In this document: positions 27,815 to 38,258 of the stretch, piece by piece
Position numbering within the stretch: the stretch's first letter is position 1
Layout: every line of letters begins with the position of its first letter
DNA from: an uncultured Clostridia bacterium
GTDB taxonomy: Bacteria > Bacillota > Clostridia > Oscillospirales > Acutalibacteraceae
DNA length: 64,000 nucleotides
Reading direction: 5' to 3'
Assembly (NCBI GenBank): GCA_944384855.1
Contig: CALWUY010000041.1
Coordinates: 1,786 to 65,785 of the forward strand
Program-made: the position numbers and the translations under genes
Notes under the pieces: model-generated
Told to the model about the DNA's origin: nothing
The model's input: only the letters and a program-made list of their open reading frames with translations
The model's database searches: none

Positions 27815-29701
27815 ATGAAGTCTAAAAACGAAAAAATAACCGACGGAAAACCTAAATCTGCAGGTGCAAAAAGCACAAAAGCAGCTGCAAAGTCTAAATC
27901 GGCGAACTTCATCGACAGCGGAAAAATAAAATCCGATGAAGCTGATTTTATACAGACATATCTCAAAAGCGACGGCAGTGCCGTCAAAACTTTTTTCAAG
28001 CTGTATAAAGGCCACTACGGTGAACTGGCGCTGTCAACTTTTTTCTGGCTCTTGAAAACATCTCCGGTCTGGATTTTGCCTATTATTACGGCAAATCTTA
28101 TAGACCTTGTAACCGAAAGCAAAACAGGCGTCAATGTAATGCCCGCATTTTTCGCCAATCTTATATTCGCAATTGTAATTCATGTGCAAAATATCCCCAC
28201 GCATACGCTTCACGCAAAATACTTTTCAAGAGCTAAAAGAAGCGTTGAAGCGGGGCTTCGCGGCGCTATGGTACGTAAATTACAGCAACTTTCTATTTCT
28301 TTTCACAAGGAGATGGAAACCGGAAGAATACAATCAAAAATCATGCGCGATGTTGAAAATATAGAACTTTTATCTTCACAGATACTTATAACTCTTCTTG
28401 ACATTGTAGTTTCTGTTATAGTAACCTGTCTGGTAATTATAATTAAAAATCCGCTGATTTTTCTCATCTTTCTGATTTCTGTTCCTGTAGCGGCATTTTC
28501 GGTTATGCCATTTAAGAATATGCTTAAAAGCCAAAATAAAAGTTTCCATAAAGAGATTGAGCGAACGTCGGCAAATGTCATGGACATGGTAGCGCTGATA
28601 CCTATTACCCGTTCGCACGCGCTGGAAAACAGAGAAATAAATAAAATGAATAAACAACTCTACAGCGTGGCAAACCGCGGTTATGAGCTTGATGTTACAA
28701 ACAACCTGTTCGGTGCGGTAACATGGGTTGTAATATCTCTCTTCAATATTTTATGTCTTGCGGTATGTGTTTATTTTGCCATGAAGGATAAAATCACTAT
28801 TGGAGATATTTCGATATATACAAACTATTTTGCGCAGCTTCTGGCAAAGGTATCTTCCGTAATAGCCCTGATACCGATATTTTCAAAAGGACTTCAGAGC
28901 GTGGATTCAGTCGGCGAGATACTTAAATCCTATGACATCGAAGAGTACAAAAACAAAAAGAAAATCACCTCACTTAAAGGTGAATTTGAATTCAAAAATG
29001 TGTTTTTCCATTACAATGACGATGAGCGCTTAGTGCTTAAAGATTTTAATCTTACTGTAAAACAGGGTGAAACCATTGCGTTAGTCGGAGAATCGGGCAG
29101 CGGTAAATCGACGGTTGTAAATATGGCGATAGGTCTTTTCACACCTACAAGCGGTGAAATTACCATTGACGGTAAAAATATCAAAGACCTTGACATGCAT
29201 TCGGTAAGAAAGCGCATAGCTGTGGTTCCGCAAAATACAATTTTGTTTAACGGTACAATCAAGGAAAACATTACATACGGAAGACCAAATGTCACAAAAG
29301 CCGAGCTTGATAAAGCTATCGAAGCTGCAAATCTTAAGCACGTTATAGATAAACTTCCCGACGGTATCAATACGGATATCGGAGAACACGGTGGCAAGCT
29401 TTCAGGAGGACAAAGACAGAGAATCTCCATCGCCCGCGCGATTATCCGTAATCCCGACGTAATAATATTTGACGAAGCCACCAGCGCGCTTGATACCGTT
29501 TCCGAAGCGGAAATACAGGCGGCAATCAATAATTTAACCAAGGACCGTACCACCTTTATCGTAGCTCACAGACTCTCAACTATCCGCTCGGCAGATAAAA
29601 TAGCGGTTGTAAGCAGCGGCCACTGTGTTGAATACGGTACATACGATGAGCTTATGGAAAAGAAAGGCGAATTTTACAGATATAAAATGACCCAGTCATA
29701 A
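27815..29701 (+). CDS. ABC transporter, fused permease/ATP-binding (exporter type) with a Lys/Ala-rich N-terminal extension
   Basis: Walker A GESGSGKST, LSGGQRQR and IIFDEATSALD, with six TM segments upstream. Confidence 0.85.
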   Translation: MKSKNEKITDGKPKSAGAKSTKAAAKSKSANFIDSGKIKSDEADFIQTYLKSDGSAVKTFFKLYKGHYGELALSTFFWLLKTSPVWILPIITANLIDLVTESKTGVNVMPAFFANLIFAIVIHVQNIPTHTLHAKYFSRAKRSVEAGLRGAMVRKLQQLSISFHKEMETGRIQSKIMRDVENIELLSSQILITLLDIVVSVIVTCLVIIIKNPLIFLIFLISVPVAAFSVMPFKNMLKSQNKSFHKEIERTSANVMDMVALIPITRSHALENREINKMNKQLYSVANRGYELDVTNNLFGAVTWVVISLFNILCLAVCVYFAMKDKITIGDISIYTNYFAQLLAKVSSVIALIPIFSKGLQSVDSVGEILKSYDIEEYKNKKKITSLKGEFEFKNVFFHYNDDERLVLKDFNLTVKQGETIALVGESGSGKSTVVNMAIGLFTPTSGEITIDGKNIKDLDMHSVRKRIAVVPQNTILFNGTIKENITYGRPNVTKAELDKAIEAANLKHVIDKLPDGINTDIGEHGGKLSGGQRQRISIARAIIRNPDVIIFDEATSALDTVSEAEIQAAINNLTKDRTTFIVAHRLSTIRSADKIAVVSSGHCVEYGTYDELMEKKGEFYRYKMTQS

Positions 29702-29728
29702 TCTCAGCAATAATGAATTAGTATGAAT

Positions 29729-29765
29729 AAAAACAGGCTTCCTCTTTATGAGGAAGCCTGTTTTT
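29729..29765. terminator. bidirectional intrinsic terminator
   Basis: aaaaacaggcttcct-ctttatg-aggaagcctgttttt. Confidence 0.85.
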
Positions 29766-30483
29766 ATTGTTCGATATTACTCTGCTGTGAAACATCGGTT
29801 ATATCGCCCGTATGTCTTTTTCTGAAATCTCGTACAATCGTAAAACCAACCGCGAGTGTAATTATTCCGAACATAACCGTAAAAACCGGCAGCACGAACC
29901 GCAAAATACCACCGCTTTGATCTTCCCGTTTTTCGAAATAAACCGAATCAAATGTTTCAAATGTTTTTTCTATATAATCTGTATCGGCATCAATATCGGT
30001 ATAGAAACTCAGAACATAGCTTTTCCTGCCTGCAACGGTAATGTATTCGGTTATTATATAATCTCCTCCGCTGTCGGATGAACGAAGCTGGGTTTTTATA
30101 AACTTTTGACCGTTCTTATCTATAACCTCACCCTTAACGTCATCTATTCCTATTATCTCAGGCAATAAATCCGTTATTTTATCATTGGATAAATCGCTTA
30201 TATTTATAACGCTGTTGGTAAAGTCATTCTGCGTTTCATAAATCCTTATCTGCTTTGTATTTTCCCGGTTAAGTGCCAGATAAACCGTTTTTTCACCGCA
30301 ATAGGATTGAAGTTCGCTTTCTGTAATATTAAGTATTTGTGCTATATCGGTATTGTCAGTGCCGTAAATATAAAAATCCCCGTAAGGTTTTATACTGAAA
30401 TCTGTATCAGCGTAAGCGTGGGCACCTGAAACCAAAATAATAATTATCAGTGCCGATAAAAATTTTTTAAGCAAAAAAATCAC
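29764..30483 (-). CDS. hypothetical secreted protein with a C-terminal TM anchor
   Basis: Signal peptide (LIIIILVSGAHAYA) and a C-terminal TM helix (FVLPVFTVMFGIITLAVGFTIV). I recognise no family. Confidence 0.5.
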   Translation of the reverse strand: MIFLLKKFLSALIIIILVSGAHAYADTDFSIKPYGDFYIYGTDNTDIAQILNITESELQSYCGEKTVYLALNRENTKQIRIYETQNDFTNSVINISDLSNDKITDLLPEIIGIDDVKGEVIDKNGQKFIKTQLRSSDSGGDYIITEYITVAGRKSYVLSFYTDIDADTDYIEKTFETFDSVYFEKREDQSGGILRFVLPVFTVMFGIITLAVGFTIVRDFRKRHTGDITDVSQQSNIEQ

Positions 30484-31331
30484 CCGTCAATGTTATTCTG
30501 CCGCTTTGCAGCTGTAAGGGTATTTTGCATAAGCATAGCTATGGTCATCGGTCCGACTCCGCCCGGAACCGGTGTTATCACCGAAACCTTTTTACTTACA
30601 TTTTCAAAATCCACATCGCCGCAAAGCCCGTTCGGCGTACGGTGAATTCCTACATCAATTACAACCGCTCCCTCTCTTACCATATCCTGCGTCACAAACT
30701 TAGGTCTGCCCACCGCGGCGACCAGAATATCAGCCTGCAGACAGATATCCTTTAAATCCTTTGTCTTTGAATGACATACGGTAACGGTTCCGTTTTTGTG
30801 CAGAAGCAGCATACCCATAGGCTTGCCGACAATATTAGACCTTCCTATGACTACACATCTCTTTCCTTCAACTTCAATATTCTCGTATGCCAGCATTTCC
30901 ATAATCCCGGCAGGTGTACACGGTACAAAATCATAATCGCCGATCATAATTCTTCCTACATTATACGGATGAAATGCGTCTACATCCTTTTGAGGTGAAA
31001 TAGAATTTATTATAATTTTTTCATCAAGGTGATGCGGCAAAGGAAGCTGGCAAAGTATTCCGTTTATGCTTTTCTTATTGTTAAGCTCATGTATTAAATC
31101 AAGCAGTTCTTTTTGAGTGGTATTTTCAGGAAGCGCATATTCTTCAGATATTATACCAAGCGCCTCACACGCTTTTTTCTTGTTTTTAACATATACCTTT
31201 GATGCCGGATCTTCTCCTACAATAATTACTGCAAGCCCTACTGTTACTCCCTGTTCTTTGAGTTGCTCGACACTTTTTGCTACACGTTCCTTAACCGCCG
31301 CTGATATCAGTTTCCCGTCAATTATCTTCAT
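30480..31331 (-). CDS. folD: bifunctional methylenetetrahydrofolate dehydrogenase / methenyl-THF cyclohydrolase
   Basis: MKIIDGKLIS..., VGEDPASKVYV, GRSNIVGKP and PVPGGVGPMT. The ATG at 31331 is preferred over the track start at 31427. Confidence 0.93.
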   Translation of the reverse strand: MKIIDGKLISAAVKERVAKSVEQLKEQGVTVGLAVIIVGEDPASKVYVKNKKKACEALGIISEEYALPENTTQKELLDLIHELNNKKSINGILCQLPLPHHLDEKIIINSISPQKDVDAFHPYNVGRIMIGDYDFVPCTPAGIMEMLAYENIEVEGKRCVVIGRSNIVGKPMGMLLLHKNGTVTVCHSKTKDLKDICLQADILVAAVGRPKFVTQDMVREGAVVIDVGIHRTPNGLCGDVDFENVSKKVSVITPVPGGVGPMTIAMLMQNTLTAAKRQNNIDG

Positions 31332-32268
31332 TGCTTTCAGTCTCCTCGGTATAAATATTTTGCTCATCCGTAATATCTTTATTATTTTCCGTCTCAGACA
31401 TCTGAGACTCGGTCTCCTCTTCCGCAAATACGGTATCGTATTCTACGACCGCCGCCTTTTCTTTCAATTTGCGCATAAACACGGCAAGCAGTACAACCGC
31501 AGTAATACATATTATAAACGAAAGCAAAGACGATACCCTTATGTTCCCTATCATAAGGCTGTCGGTTCTTAAAAGCTCTATGAAAGCACGTCCGAAACCG
31601 TACCATGCGCAGTACATAAGAAATATCTGTCCGCCGAACCTTCTCTTCTTGCTGAAATGGTTAAGCAGGAAAAATCCTGCGATGCACCACAGCGATTCGT
31701 ATAAAAAGCAGGGATGTACAAGACCTTCTCCCATTTCCCTTATTGTACGGGTACTCTCCATTCCCCACCAGCTGCTGTTTGTAAATGTACCGTAAGCTTC
31801 CTGGTTGACAAAATTTCCCCATCTGCCTACTCCCTGTCCGATTATAAATCCTATTGATGCTATGTCGAGCATATCCGGTATATTGACTTTTCTGAGTTTA
31901 CAGGCAATCGGACCTATTACAAATGCACCAATTACACCGCCGTAAATCGCAAGACCTGAAAATCCCGACGAATTCCCGAAGCCAAAAAAATCTCCTATAC
32001 CCTCAAGTTTCTCACCGTCGAATATTACATAGTAGGCCCTCGCGCATAAAATTGCCACCGGCACGGTTATCAAAGTTACGTCAAGTATCCTGTCGGTATT
32101 CAATCCGAACCGCGAGGCATTTTTCATTGCGTACACGACTGCCAGTAAAAAACCGAAAGCTATTATTATACCGTACCAATAAACATCCCAGCCGTTTCCT
32201 ATCGGTATAGTAAACGCTACCGGATTTATCGTAAGCCTTATTCCGAATATAACTATATTATTTGCCAT
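31318..32268 (-). CDS. lgt: prolipoprotein diacylglyceryl transferase with an acidic C-terminal tail
   Basis: GQGVGRWGNFVNQEAYG (the Lgt signature) and multiple TM helices. About 50 aa of E/D/T-rich tail follow. Confidence 0.9.
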   Translation of the reverse strand: MANNIVIFGIRLTINPVAFTIPIGNGWDVYWYGIIIAFGFLLAVVYAMKNASRFGLNTDRILDVTLITVPVAILCARAYYVIFDGEKLEGIGDFFGFGNSSGFSGLAIYGGVIGAFVIGPIACKLRKVNIPDMLDIASIGFIIGQGVGRWGNFVNQEAYGTFTNSSWWGMESTRTIREMGEGLVHPCFLYESLWCIAGFFLLNHFSKKRRFGGQIFLMYCAWYGFGRAFIELLRTDSLMIGNIRVSSLLSFIICITAVVLLAVFMRKLKEKAAVVEYDTVFAEEETESQMSETENNKDITDEQNIYTEETESNEDN

Positions 32269-33539
32269 TATACTTCCTCCAGCGGTTTTATTACGGACAA
32301 TACCGCCTTTTCATTCTCCATCTGCAAAAGCTTTCTGTACACATCGTCAACCGTTACCGATTTTAGGTACTTTATCTCATCAAACAACCCGCTGTCTGAC
32401 ATTGCACAGTCAGCCAGCTGCATGGCAATATTTTCCACACTGTTAAAATTCCTTACCGCGTTACCGTACATTCCGCATCTTACGGCAGAAAACAGTTTTT
32501 TATCAATACCGTCGGTTTTTATACGCTCTGCTTCTCTTTTTATTTCTTCGGCTACCTTTTCAGGATCCGATGACTCACCCTCAAAAACAAATGCCGCATA
32601 ACCGTAACCGTTAAAGTATTCTGTTGAAAATTCATCGTTTATAAGTCCCTGCTTTATAAGCCGTGCATAAAGCGGAGATGCCTCACCTGCGAGAAGTTCC
32701 ATAAGCAGTGCGGCGCAGACTTTTTCCTTTACGCTCTTTTCGGAAGTTTCGCACTTTTCCTTAAATCCCAGACAAAATATCGGCTGCGCAACCGCCAGTT
32801 TCTGTTCCGTATAACCTGTCACTATACTGTCCGGCTCATTATTTGTGAACCTGGTTATTTCAACCGGCTCAGATTCCTTTATACCTGCTTTGATTTTCGC
32901 CAGAACCTTTTCAGTATCAACGTTGCCCGCTATACAAATAAACATATTTGAAGGATTATAAAAAGTCTTATAGCATTTATACAGCAGATCATAATTTATC
33001 CCGGCAATTGACTCTACGGTACCGGCTATATCTATTCTTACCGGATGATTATGATACATCGCCGCAAGCATGTTGAACATAACGCGCCAGCCCGGACTGT
33101 CGTCATACATTTTTATTTCCTGACCTATTATCCCCTGCTCTTTTTTTACCGTTTCCTCGGTAAAATAAGGAGACTGCACAAAATCAAGCAAAATATCAAG
33201 ATTCTCATAAAATTTGTCGGTACATGAAAACAGATAGCAGGTACGCTCAAAAGAGGTAAACGCGTTGGCGTAAGCTCCTGTTGCGGCAAACCTTGTGAAA
33301 GCATCTCCCTCTTCACTTTCAAACAATTTGTGCTCGAGAAAATGCGCTATTCCTTCCGGAACACACAGTTTTTCTCCTCCGGCAGAAAAACAGGTATCTA
33401 TTGAACCGTACTTCGTGCCGAAAATCGCATAAGCCGAATTATACTGCGGTTTTTCCAGTATATAAATTTTAAGTCCGCAGGAAAGCACAGCTTTTACATA
33501 ACTTTCCCCAATATCGCTTTCATAAAAATCTCTCTTCAT
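32268..33539 (-). CDS. M16 family zinc peptidase (active subunit, HxxEH)
   Basis: The HFLEHKLFE inverted zinc motif. It is paired with the upstream M16-like gene (YmfF/YmfH-like arrangement). Confidence 0.8.
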   Translation of the reverse strand: MKRDFYESDIGESYVKAVLSCGLKIYILEKPQYNSAYAIFGTKYGSIDTCFSAGGEKLCVPEGIAHFLEHKLFESEEGDAFTRFAATGAYANAFTSFERTCYLFSCTDKFYENLDILLDFVQSPYFTEETVKKEQGIIGQEIKMYDDSPGWRVMFNMLAAMYHNHPVRIDIAGTVESIAGINYDLLYKCYKTFYNPSNMFICIAGNVDTEKVLAKIKAGIKESEPVEITRFTNNEPDSIVTGYTEQKLAVAQPIFCLGFKEKCETSEKSVKEKVCAALLMELLAGEASPLYARLIKQGLINDEFSTEYFNGYGYAAFVFEGESSDPEKVAEEIKREAERIKTDGIDKKLFSAVRCGMYGNAVRNFNSVENIAMQLADCAMSDSGLFDEIKYLKSVTVDDVYRKLLQMENEKAVLSVIKPLEEV

Positions 33540-33550
33540 AATGTTTCCTC

Positions 33551-34834
33551 CTAAACCGACTTATCCTTTAAGGGTAAAAGTTTGTAAACCGTGTGAATTT
33601 TCACACCGCGGGACGCCCGTACAATATCATCGCGTGTGATGTCTTTTACCTTTTCAGCCACCTCGTCAGGCGAATAAACATTTATATTGTTAACCTTCAT
33701 TGTATACCATCTGTCAATGGCACTCTGGCTGTCATTATATCCCATAAGCGAATCGTATATGCTTTTTTGGGATGATTCAAATTCAAAATCCGAAAAACCG
33801 CCCTTTTTCATAATTTCAAGCTGGTTTAAAATTTCTTTTTCTGCTTTTCCGGCATTTTCCGCTTCGATCCCCGACTCAACTGTCAAAAGCCCTTTCTGCC
33901 TCACACAAGATGCGGAGCAGTAATAACACAGACTCATCTTTTCCCTTACATTGCTGAAAAGTCTCGAATACGGTCCGCCTCCGAAAATATCGCTCATCAT
34001 CATAAGCGGAAGCGATTCGTCGTCATTTCCCTTCATTTCACTTGAAAATCCCATAACAAGCTTACCTTGGTTTACCGCCATATTTTCGACAACTTCGGCA
34101 GGCGTATTTACCGCTTCTGTAGCAGAGGAGATCCTGCAGTCAGTAACATTAATACGTTCTGCCGTCGAAAACCTTTCGGTTATGCTTTCAAACAGTCCTG
34201 CCGGCATTTCGCTTCCTACCACATGGAAGCGTATAAAGGCAGTTTTAAGCATATTTTTCCACGCTTTGTAAAGCGATTCGCCCGTAATTTTTTCCACATC
34301 TTCTACCGTTCCGCACTTTGAAAGACCATACGGCTCATTTTTATACATTTCTTCAATAAGGCGGTTTTTTGCGTATATCCGTTTTTCGCTGTATTCTCCC
34401 TTTATATGCTCTATCGCCTTTCGTTTTTCTCGCGAAAGATCTTCTTCCAGAAATGCCCCGTTCTCACATGAAGGCTCAAAAACAAGTCCGCAGATAAGCT
34501 CCGCCGCCTGTTTTGCCAAAGACTCACCGTCAAGCGTAAAACGGTCATTTATTACCGAAACAGAAATTTTAAGCAGCTGATAATCACCGTATTTTTCTGC
34601 GCTTGCATCAAGATCCGCTCCGTAAAGGCGGCTCAGCTTATAATTAAGCTTGGAAAAATCAGTATACTCTTTGCTGCAGGTCGTCAGTATAAACGGCAGT
34701 AACGCATACTCCGCAACTGTTTCTTTTTTCAACGGCAAATAAAAGTTGCAGGAAATCAGCGTAGTCTTAAACCGTGGATTTTTTATGAAAAGTCCCTCGA
34801 TTCCGTTGCCTAACTTAACTATTCCTTTTTGCAT
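33551..34834 (-). CDS. M16 family peptidase-like protein (no HxxEH, probably the non-catalytic partner)
   Basis: Length and C-terminal domain are M16-like, and no zinc motif is visible. The ATG at 34834 is preferred; the track start is 34894. Confidence 0.65.
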   Translation of the reverse strand: MQKGIVKLGNGIEGLFIKNPRFKTTLISCNFYLPLKKETVAEYALLPFILTTCSKEYTDFSKLNYKLSRLYGADLDASAEKYGDYQLLKISVSVINDRFTLDGESLAKQAAELICGLVFEPSCENGAFLEEDLSREKRKAIEHIKGEYSEKRIYAKNRLIEEMYKNEPYGLSKCGTVEDVEKITGESLYKAWKNMLKTAFIRFHVVGSEMPAGLFESITERFSTAERINVTDCRISSATEAVNTPAEVVENMAVNQGKLVMGFSSEMKGNDDESLPLMMMSDIFGGGPYSRLFSNVREKMSLCYYCSASCVRQKGLLTVESGIEAENAGKAEKEILNQLEIMKKGGFSDFEFESSQKSIYDSLMGYNDSQSAIDRWYTMKVNNINVYSPDEVAEKVKDITRDDIVRASRGVKIHTVYKLLPLKDKSV

Positions 34835-35011
34835 GTTAATCACCATATCCTTTATTAAAGAAATATTTATGATCGGTAAAATATATTGTAACACATATTA
34901 CAGCCTTTTTACAACCAAAAATATAAAAATTCACTGAATCATATAATATAATTTGAAATTTATATAAAAGTATGATATTATATCTCATATATATTGTGTT
35001 GAGGTGGAACG

Positions 35012-36544
35012 ATGAAGATTAAAAATAAGCGCGGCATACGTATTCCAACACGTATCTTAGTTTCAGCCTTACTGCTTCTTATTCAATTCGCATTTTTATT
35101 CTATATGGTATATGAGCTTTCTACCGGTTCTCTCGGCGCATACCTGATATCCGGATTTGTAAGCGCACTTACGGTTATAGTTATCATTAACCGCAGAGGC
35201 AATCCCGATCATAAAATGGCATGGATCATTTTTATTTTGGTATTCCCAATATTCGGAATAATCGTATTCCTGTTATGGGGCGGCGGAAGAGTACTGCCGC
35301 ACATACGCAAAAAAATGAAGATTTGTGAATCCCACTACCTGCCGTTTTTACGGAACGATCCCGAAATATCTGACCGACTCAAATATTATGATATGATACA
35401 TTCCCGCCAGGCTGATTATCTTACCGGTGAAACCGGATATCCTCTATATGACTCCACTGTTTCAAAATTCTGTTCTTCCGGAGAAGAGTTTCTCCCTGTG
35501 CTGCTTGAAGAATTGAAAAAAGCTGAAAAATTTATATATTTTGAGTTTTTCATATTGGCCGAAGGCATAATGTGGGATCAAATTCACAGTATACTTAAAG
35601 AAAAAGCGGCGGCAGGAGTAGAAGTGAAAATTATTTTTGATGACTTCGGTTCTATCAAAAGACAGCATAGAGGATTCATCACAAAACTGCGTCTTGAAGG
35701 TATTTCAGTATCGGTATTCAATCCCATTAATCCCATAATGAATATATTCATGAATAACCGCAATCACCGCAAAATAATCGTTATTGACGGCGAAACTGCG
35801 TTTACGGGCGGTATCAATATAGGCGACGAATATATAAATGCCGTAACCAGGTTCGGTCACTGGCAGGATTGTGCAATTATGCTCAACGGCAGTGCAGCGA
35901 CAAGCTTTCTTGCTATGTTTTGCTGTATGTGGGAATTTACTACCGGAGAGCAAATAGATATTAAATCTCATATTTCGTGTATTCAGCGTCAGGATGACGG
36001 ATTCATAATCCCGTACTGCGACGATCCGCTCAATTATAACAATCCGGCCGAAGGGCTATACATGCAGATTTTGAATACCGCTCAGAAATATGTTTATATC
36101 TCAACTCCCTATCTTCTGATTGACAATAATATGAAAAACACGCTTTGCATGGCGGCAAAATCCGGAATCGATATCAGAATAATTACTCCTCACATACCTG
36201 ATAAATGGTATGTTCATCCGGCTACTCAATATAATTATCTGGAACTTTTGGAAGCCGGAATAAGAATATATGAATACACCCCGGGATTCATTCATTCAAA
36301 ACTTTTTGTTTCGGATGATAAAATCGCAACCGTAGGTTCCGTAAATATGGATTACCGGAGTTTTGTCTTCCATTTCGAATGCGGGGCCTGGCTTTGCGAC
36401 ACAAATTCCGTACATTCTATTAAGGATCACTTTGAGGATATCATATCCGTTTCACAGGAAATCACTGTCGATGAATGGAAAAAACGTCCGGTATTTCTGC
36501 GTATTAAACAAGCTATTTTACATCTGTTTGCACCGTTTATGTAA
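35012..36544 (+). CDS. cls: cardiolipin synthase (PLD superfamily)
   Basis: Two HKD motifs (NHRKIIVIDG, IHSKLFVSDD) and N-terminal TM helices. Confidence 0.92.
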   Translation: MKIKNKRGIRIPTRILVSALLLLIQFAFLFYMVYELSTGSLGAYLISGFVSALTVIVIINRRGNPDHKMAWIIFILVFPIFGIIVFLLWGGGRVLPHIRKKMKICESHYLPFLRNDPEISDRLKYYDMIHSRQADYLTGETGYPLYDSTVSKFCSSGEEFLPVLLEELKKAEKFIYFEFFILAEGIMWDQIHSILKEKAAAGVEVKIIFDDFGSIKRQHRGFITKLRLEGISVSVFNPINPIMNIFMNNRNHRKIIVIDGETAFTGGINIGDEYINAVTRFGHWQDCAIMLNGSAATSFLAMFCCMWEFTTGEQIDIKSHISCIQRQDDGFIIPYCDDPLNYNNPAEGLYMQILNTAQKYVYISTPYLLIDNNMKNTLCMAAKSGIDIRIITPHIPDKWYVHPATQYNYLELLEAGIRIYEYTPGFIHSKLFVSDDKIATVGSVNMDYRSFVFHFECGAWLCDTNSVHSIKDHFEDIISVSQEITVDEWKKRPVFLRIKQAILHLFAPFM

Positions 36545-36547
36545 AGT

Positions 36548-36580
36548 AAAACAGGAGACCCACGCAGGTCCCCTGTTTTT
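36548..36580. terminator. bidirectional intrinsic terminator
   Basis: aaaacaggagacc-cacgca-ggtcccctgttttt, with one mismatch. Confidence 0.75.
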
Positions 36581-38258
36581 ATCCCTTTATAAGCGTAAAC
36601 TTTTTTCCGGTTACATGCACTATACGGTCGCATACCCTGAGACTTGTATTGCGGTGAGTTACAAACAGTACAGTTTTGCTGCTCATGTTTTTTATGTTAT
36701 TAAGCACGCGGCTCTCGGTTTCCTCGTCCAATGCCGACGTTGCTTCATCAAGCAGCAATATCGGAGCGTCGGCAAGCAACGCGCGCGCTATCGATATACG
36801 CTGAATCTGACCTTCCGATATTCCGGCGCCACGTTCTGAAAGCACCGTATCAAGTCTGTCAGGCAGCGACATGATCAAATCATATATTTCCGCTGCTTTT
36901 ACAGCTTTTATAATATCCTCTTCACTTACGGTGTCATCGCAAAGGGTTATATTTTCCCTTATAGTGCCCGACAGCACCAGGTTACCTTGAGGTACATAAG
37001 CGAACAATCCCCTTAGAGAAGTATCAAGAGGTATATTCCCGTTTACAGTAATGCTTCCCGACTGTATATCGTAAAGTCCCAGCAATATTTTAAATACTGT
37101 ACTTTTCCCGCTGCCCGACTCACCTGTAAGGGCAGTAACTTTCCCCGCAGGGATACTGAAACTGCAATTTTCAAGAACATTTTCATCTTTATAAGAAAAA
37201 CAGACGTCATTCAGTTCTATGCAGCGGAAATTGTGTTTCAAACTCAATAATTCTTCTTTGTCTTCACAAAGCTTGTCCTCTTCTCCGGCTTCTATCTCAA
37301 TAAGACGTTCCGCCGAGGCCAGCGCCGAAAAATACTGGGGTATAATTCCCGAAACGCTCTGAAGAGGAGCGCGCAGCTGCTGAAACAGCTGTAAAAATGC
37401 CATTAATGTTCCGTAAGTTATAGCATCGCTTGAGATTTTTCCGGCGCCCCATATCATTACAGCATAATATCCTAAAGTAAAGAACGAATATAAGCTTAAG
37501 TTCATAACCGCGGACAGCATACTGCGCTTAATCTTCATATTGAAATTCTTTTTCATATACTGATCAAGCTTTCCGGTAAACGGCGTTATGCTCTGAAATG
37601 TTTTAACCACCACAATATTTTCAAAACATTCCTGCAAAAACGACCGCGTTTTGCCTTCGGTCTGCTGACACTCCTTATGCATATACTTATATTTCCGGCT
37701 TACAAATCTGCCTATACCGGGAACTAAAATTCCTGCCGCCACGATTATAACTGCTATGCGCCAGTCAAGTATAACAAGCGCCCAAAATCCGCCGATTATC
37801 TGAGCTATTATAGCCGCCACTCTCGGCAGCAAATTTGTAAAACACGATATTACAACCTCTGTATCCGAAGTGAAACGGTTAAGAATATCGCCGGAATGAT
37901 ACTGCGATATCTTGGAGTACTTTTTCCTGCTCAATGCATTGAAAAGATAGTTTCTTATGGATATAGTCAGTTTCCCTCCGGCATACGCCTTGAGAATTGT
38001 ATCTGCGCCGAACAGTAATATCTGAACCACCACAACAGCTAATATAAGTCCGCCGTAAAGCCAAAAATTTCCCTCGGCATCGCCGGTAGCTATTTCAAGC
38101 ACATTTTTTGAAAGAAGGGCAAGCGCGATTCCGCTCAAAGATACTATAGCCGAAAAAACCGCTATAACAACAATTAACGGCAGATATTTTTTAGTCCGGG
38201 CAAATACCCACTTAAGTGTTTGCAAACTGCTTTGTTGTTTATTATTCGATGATTCCAT
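36579..38258 (-). CDS. ABC transporter, fused permease/ATP-binding (exporter type)
   Basis: Walker A GESGSGKST, ISEGQIQR signature and LLLDEATSALD. Its start overlaps the PqqD-like gene by 17 nt. Confidence 0.85.
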   Translation of the reverse strand: MESSNNKQQSSLQTLKWVFARTKKYLPLIVVIAVFSAIVSLSGIALALLSKNVLEIATGDAEGNFWLYGGLILAVVVVQILLFGADTILKAYAGGKLTISIRNYLFNALSRKKYSKISQYHSGDILNRFTSDTEVVISCFTNLLPRVAAIIAQIIGGFWALVILDWRIAVIIVAAGILVPGIGRFVSRKYKYMHKECQQTEGKTRSFLQECFENIVVVKTFQSITPFTGKLDQYMKKNFNMKIKRSMLSAVMNLSLYSFFTLGYYAVMIWGAGKISSDAITYGTLMAFLQLFQQLRAPLQSVSGIIPQYFSALASAERLIEIEAGEEDKLCEDKEELLSLKHNFRCIELNDVCFSYKDENVLENCSFSIPAGKVTALTGESGSGKSTVFKILLGLYDIQSGSITVNGNIPLDTSLRGLFAYVPQGNLVLSGTIRENITLCDDTVSEEDIIKAVKAAEIYDLIMSLPDRLDTVLSERGAGISEGQIQRISIARALLADAPILLLDEATSALDEETESRVLNNIKNMSSKTVLFVTHRNTSLRVCDRIVHVTGKKFTLIKG

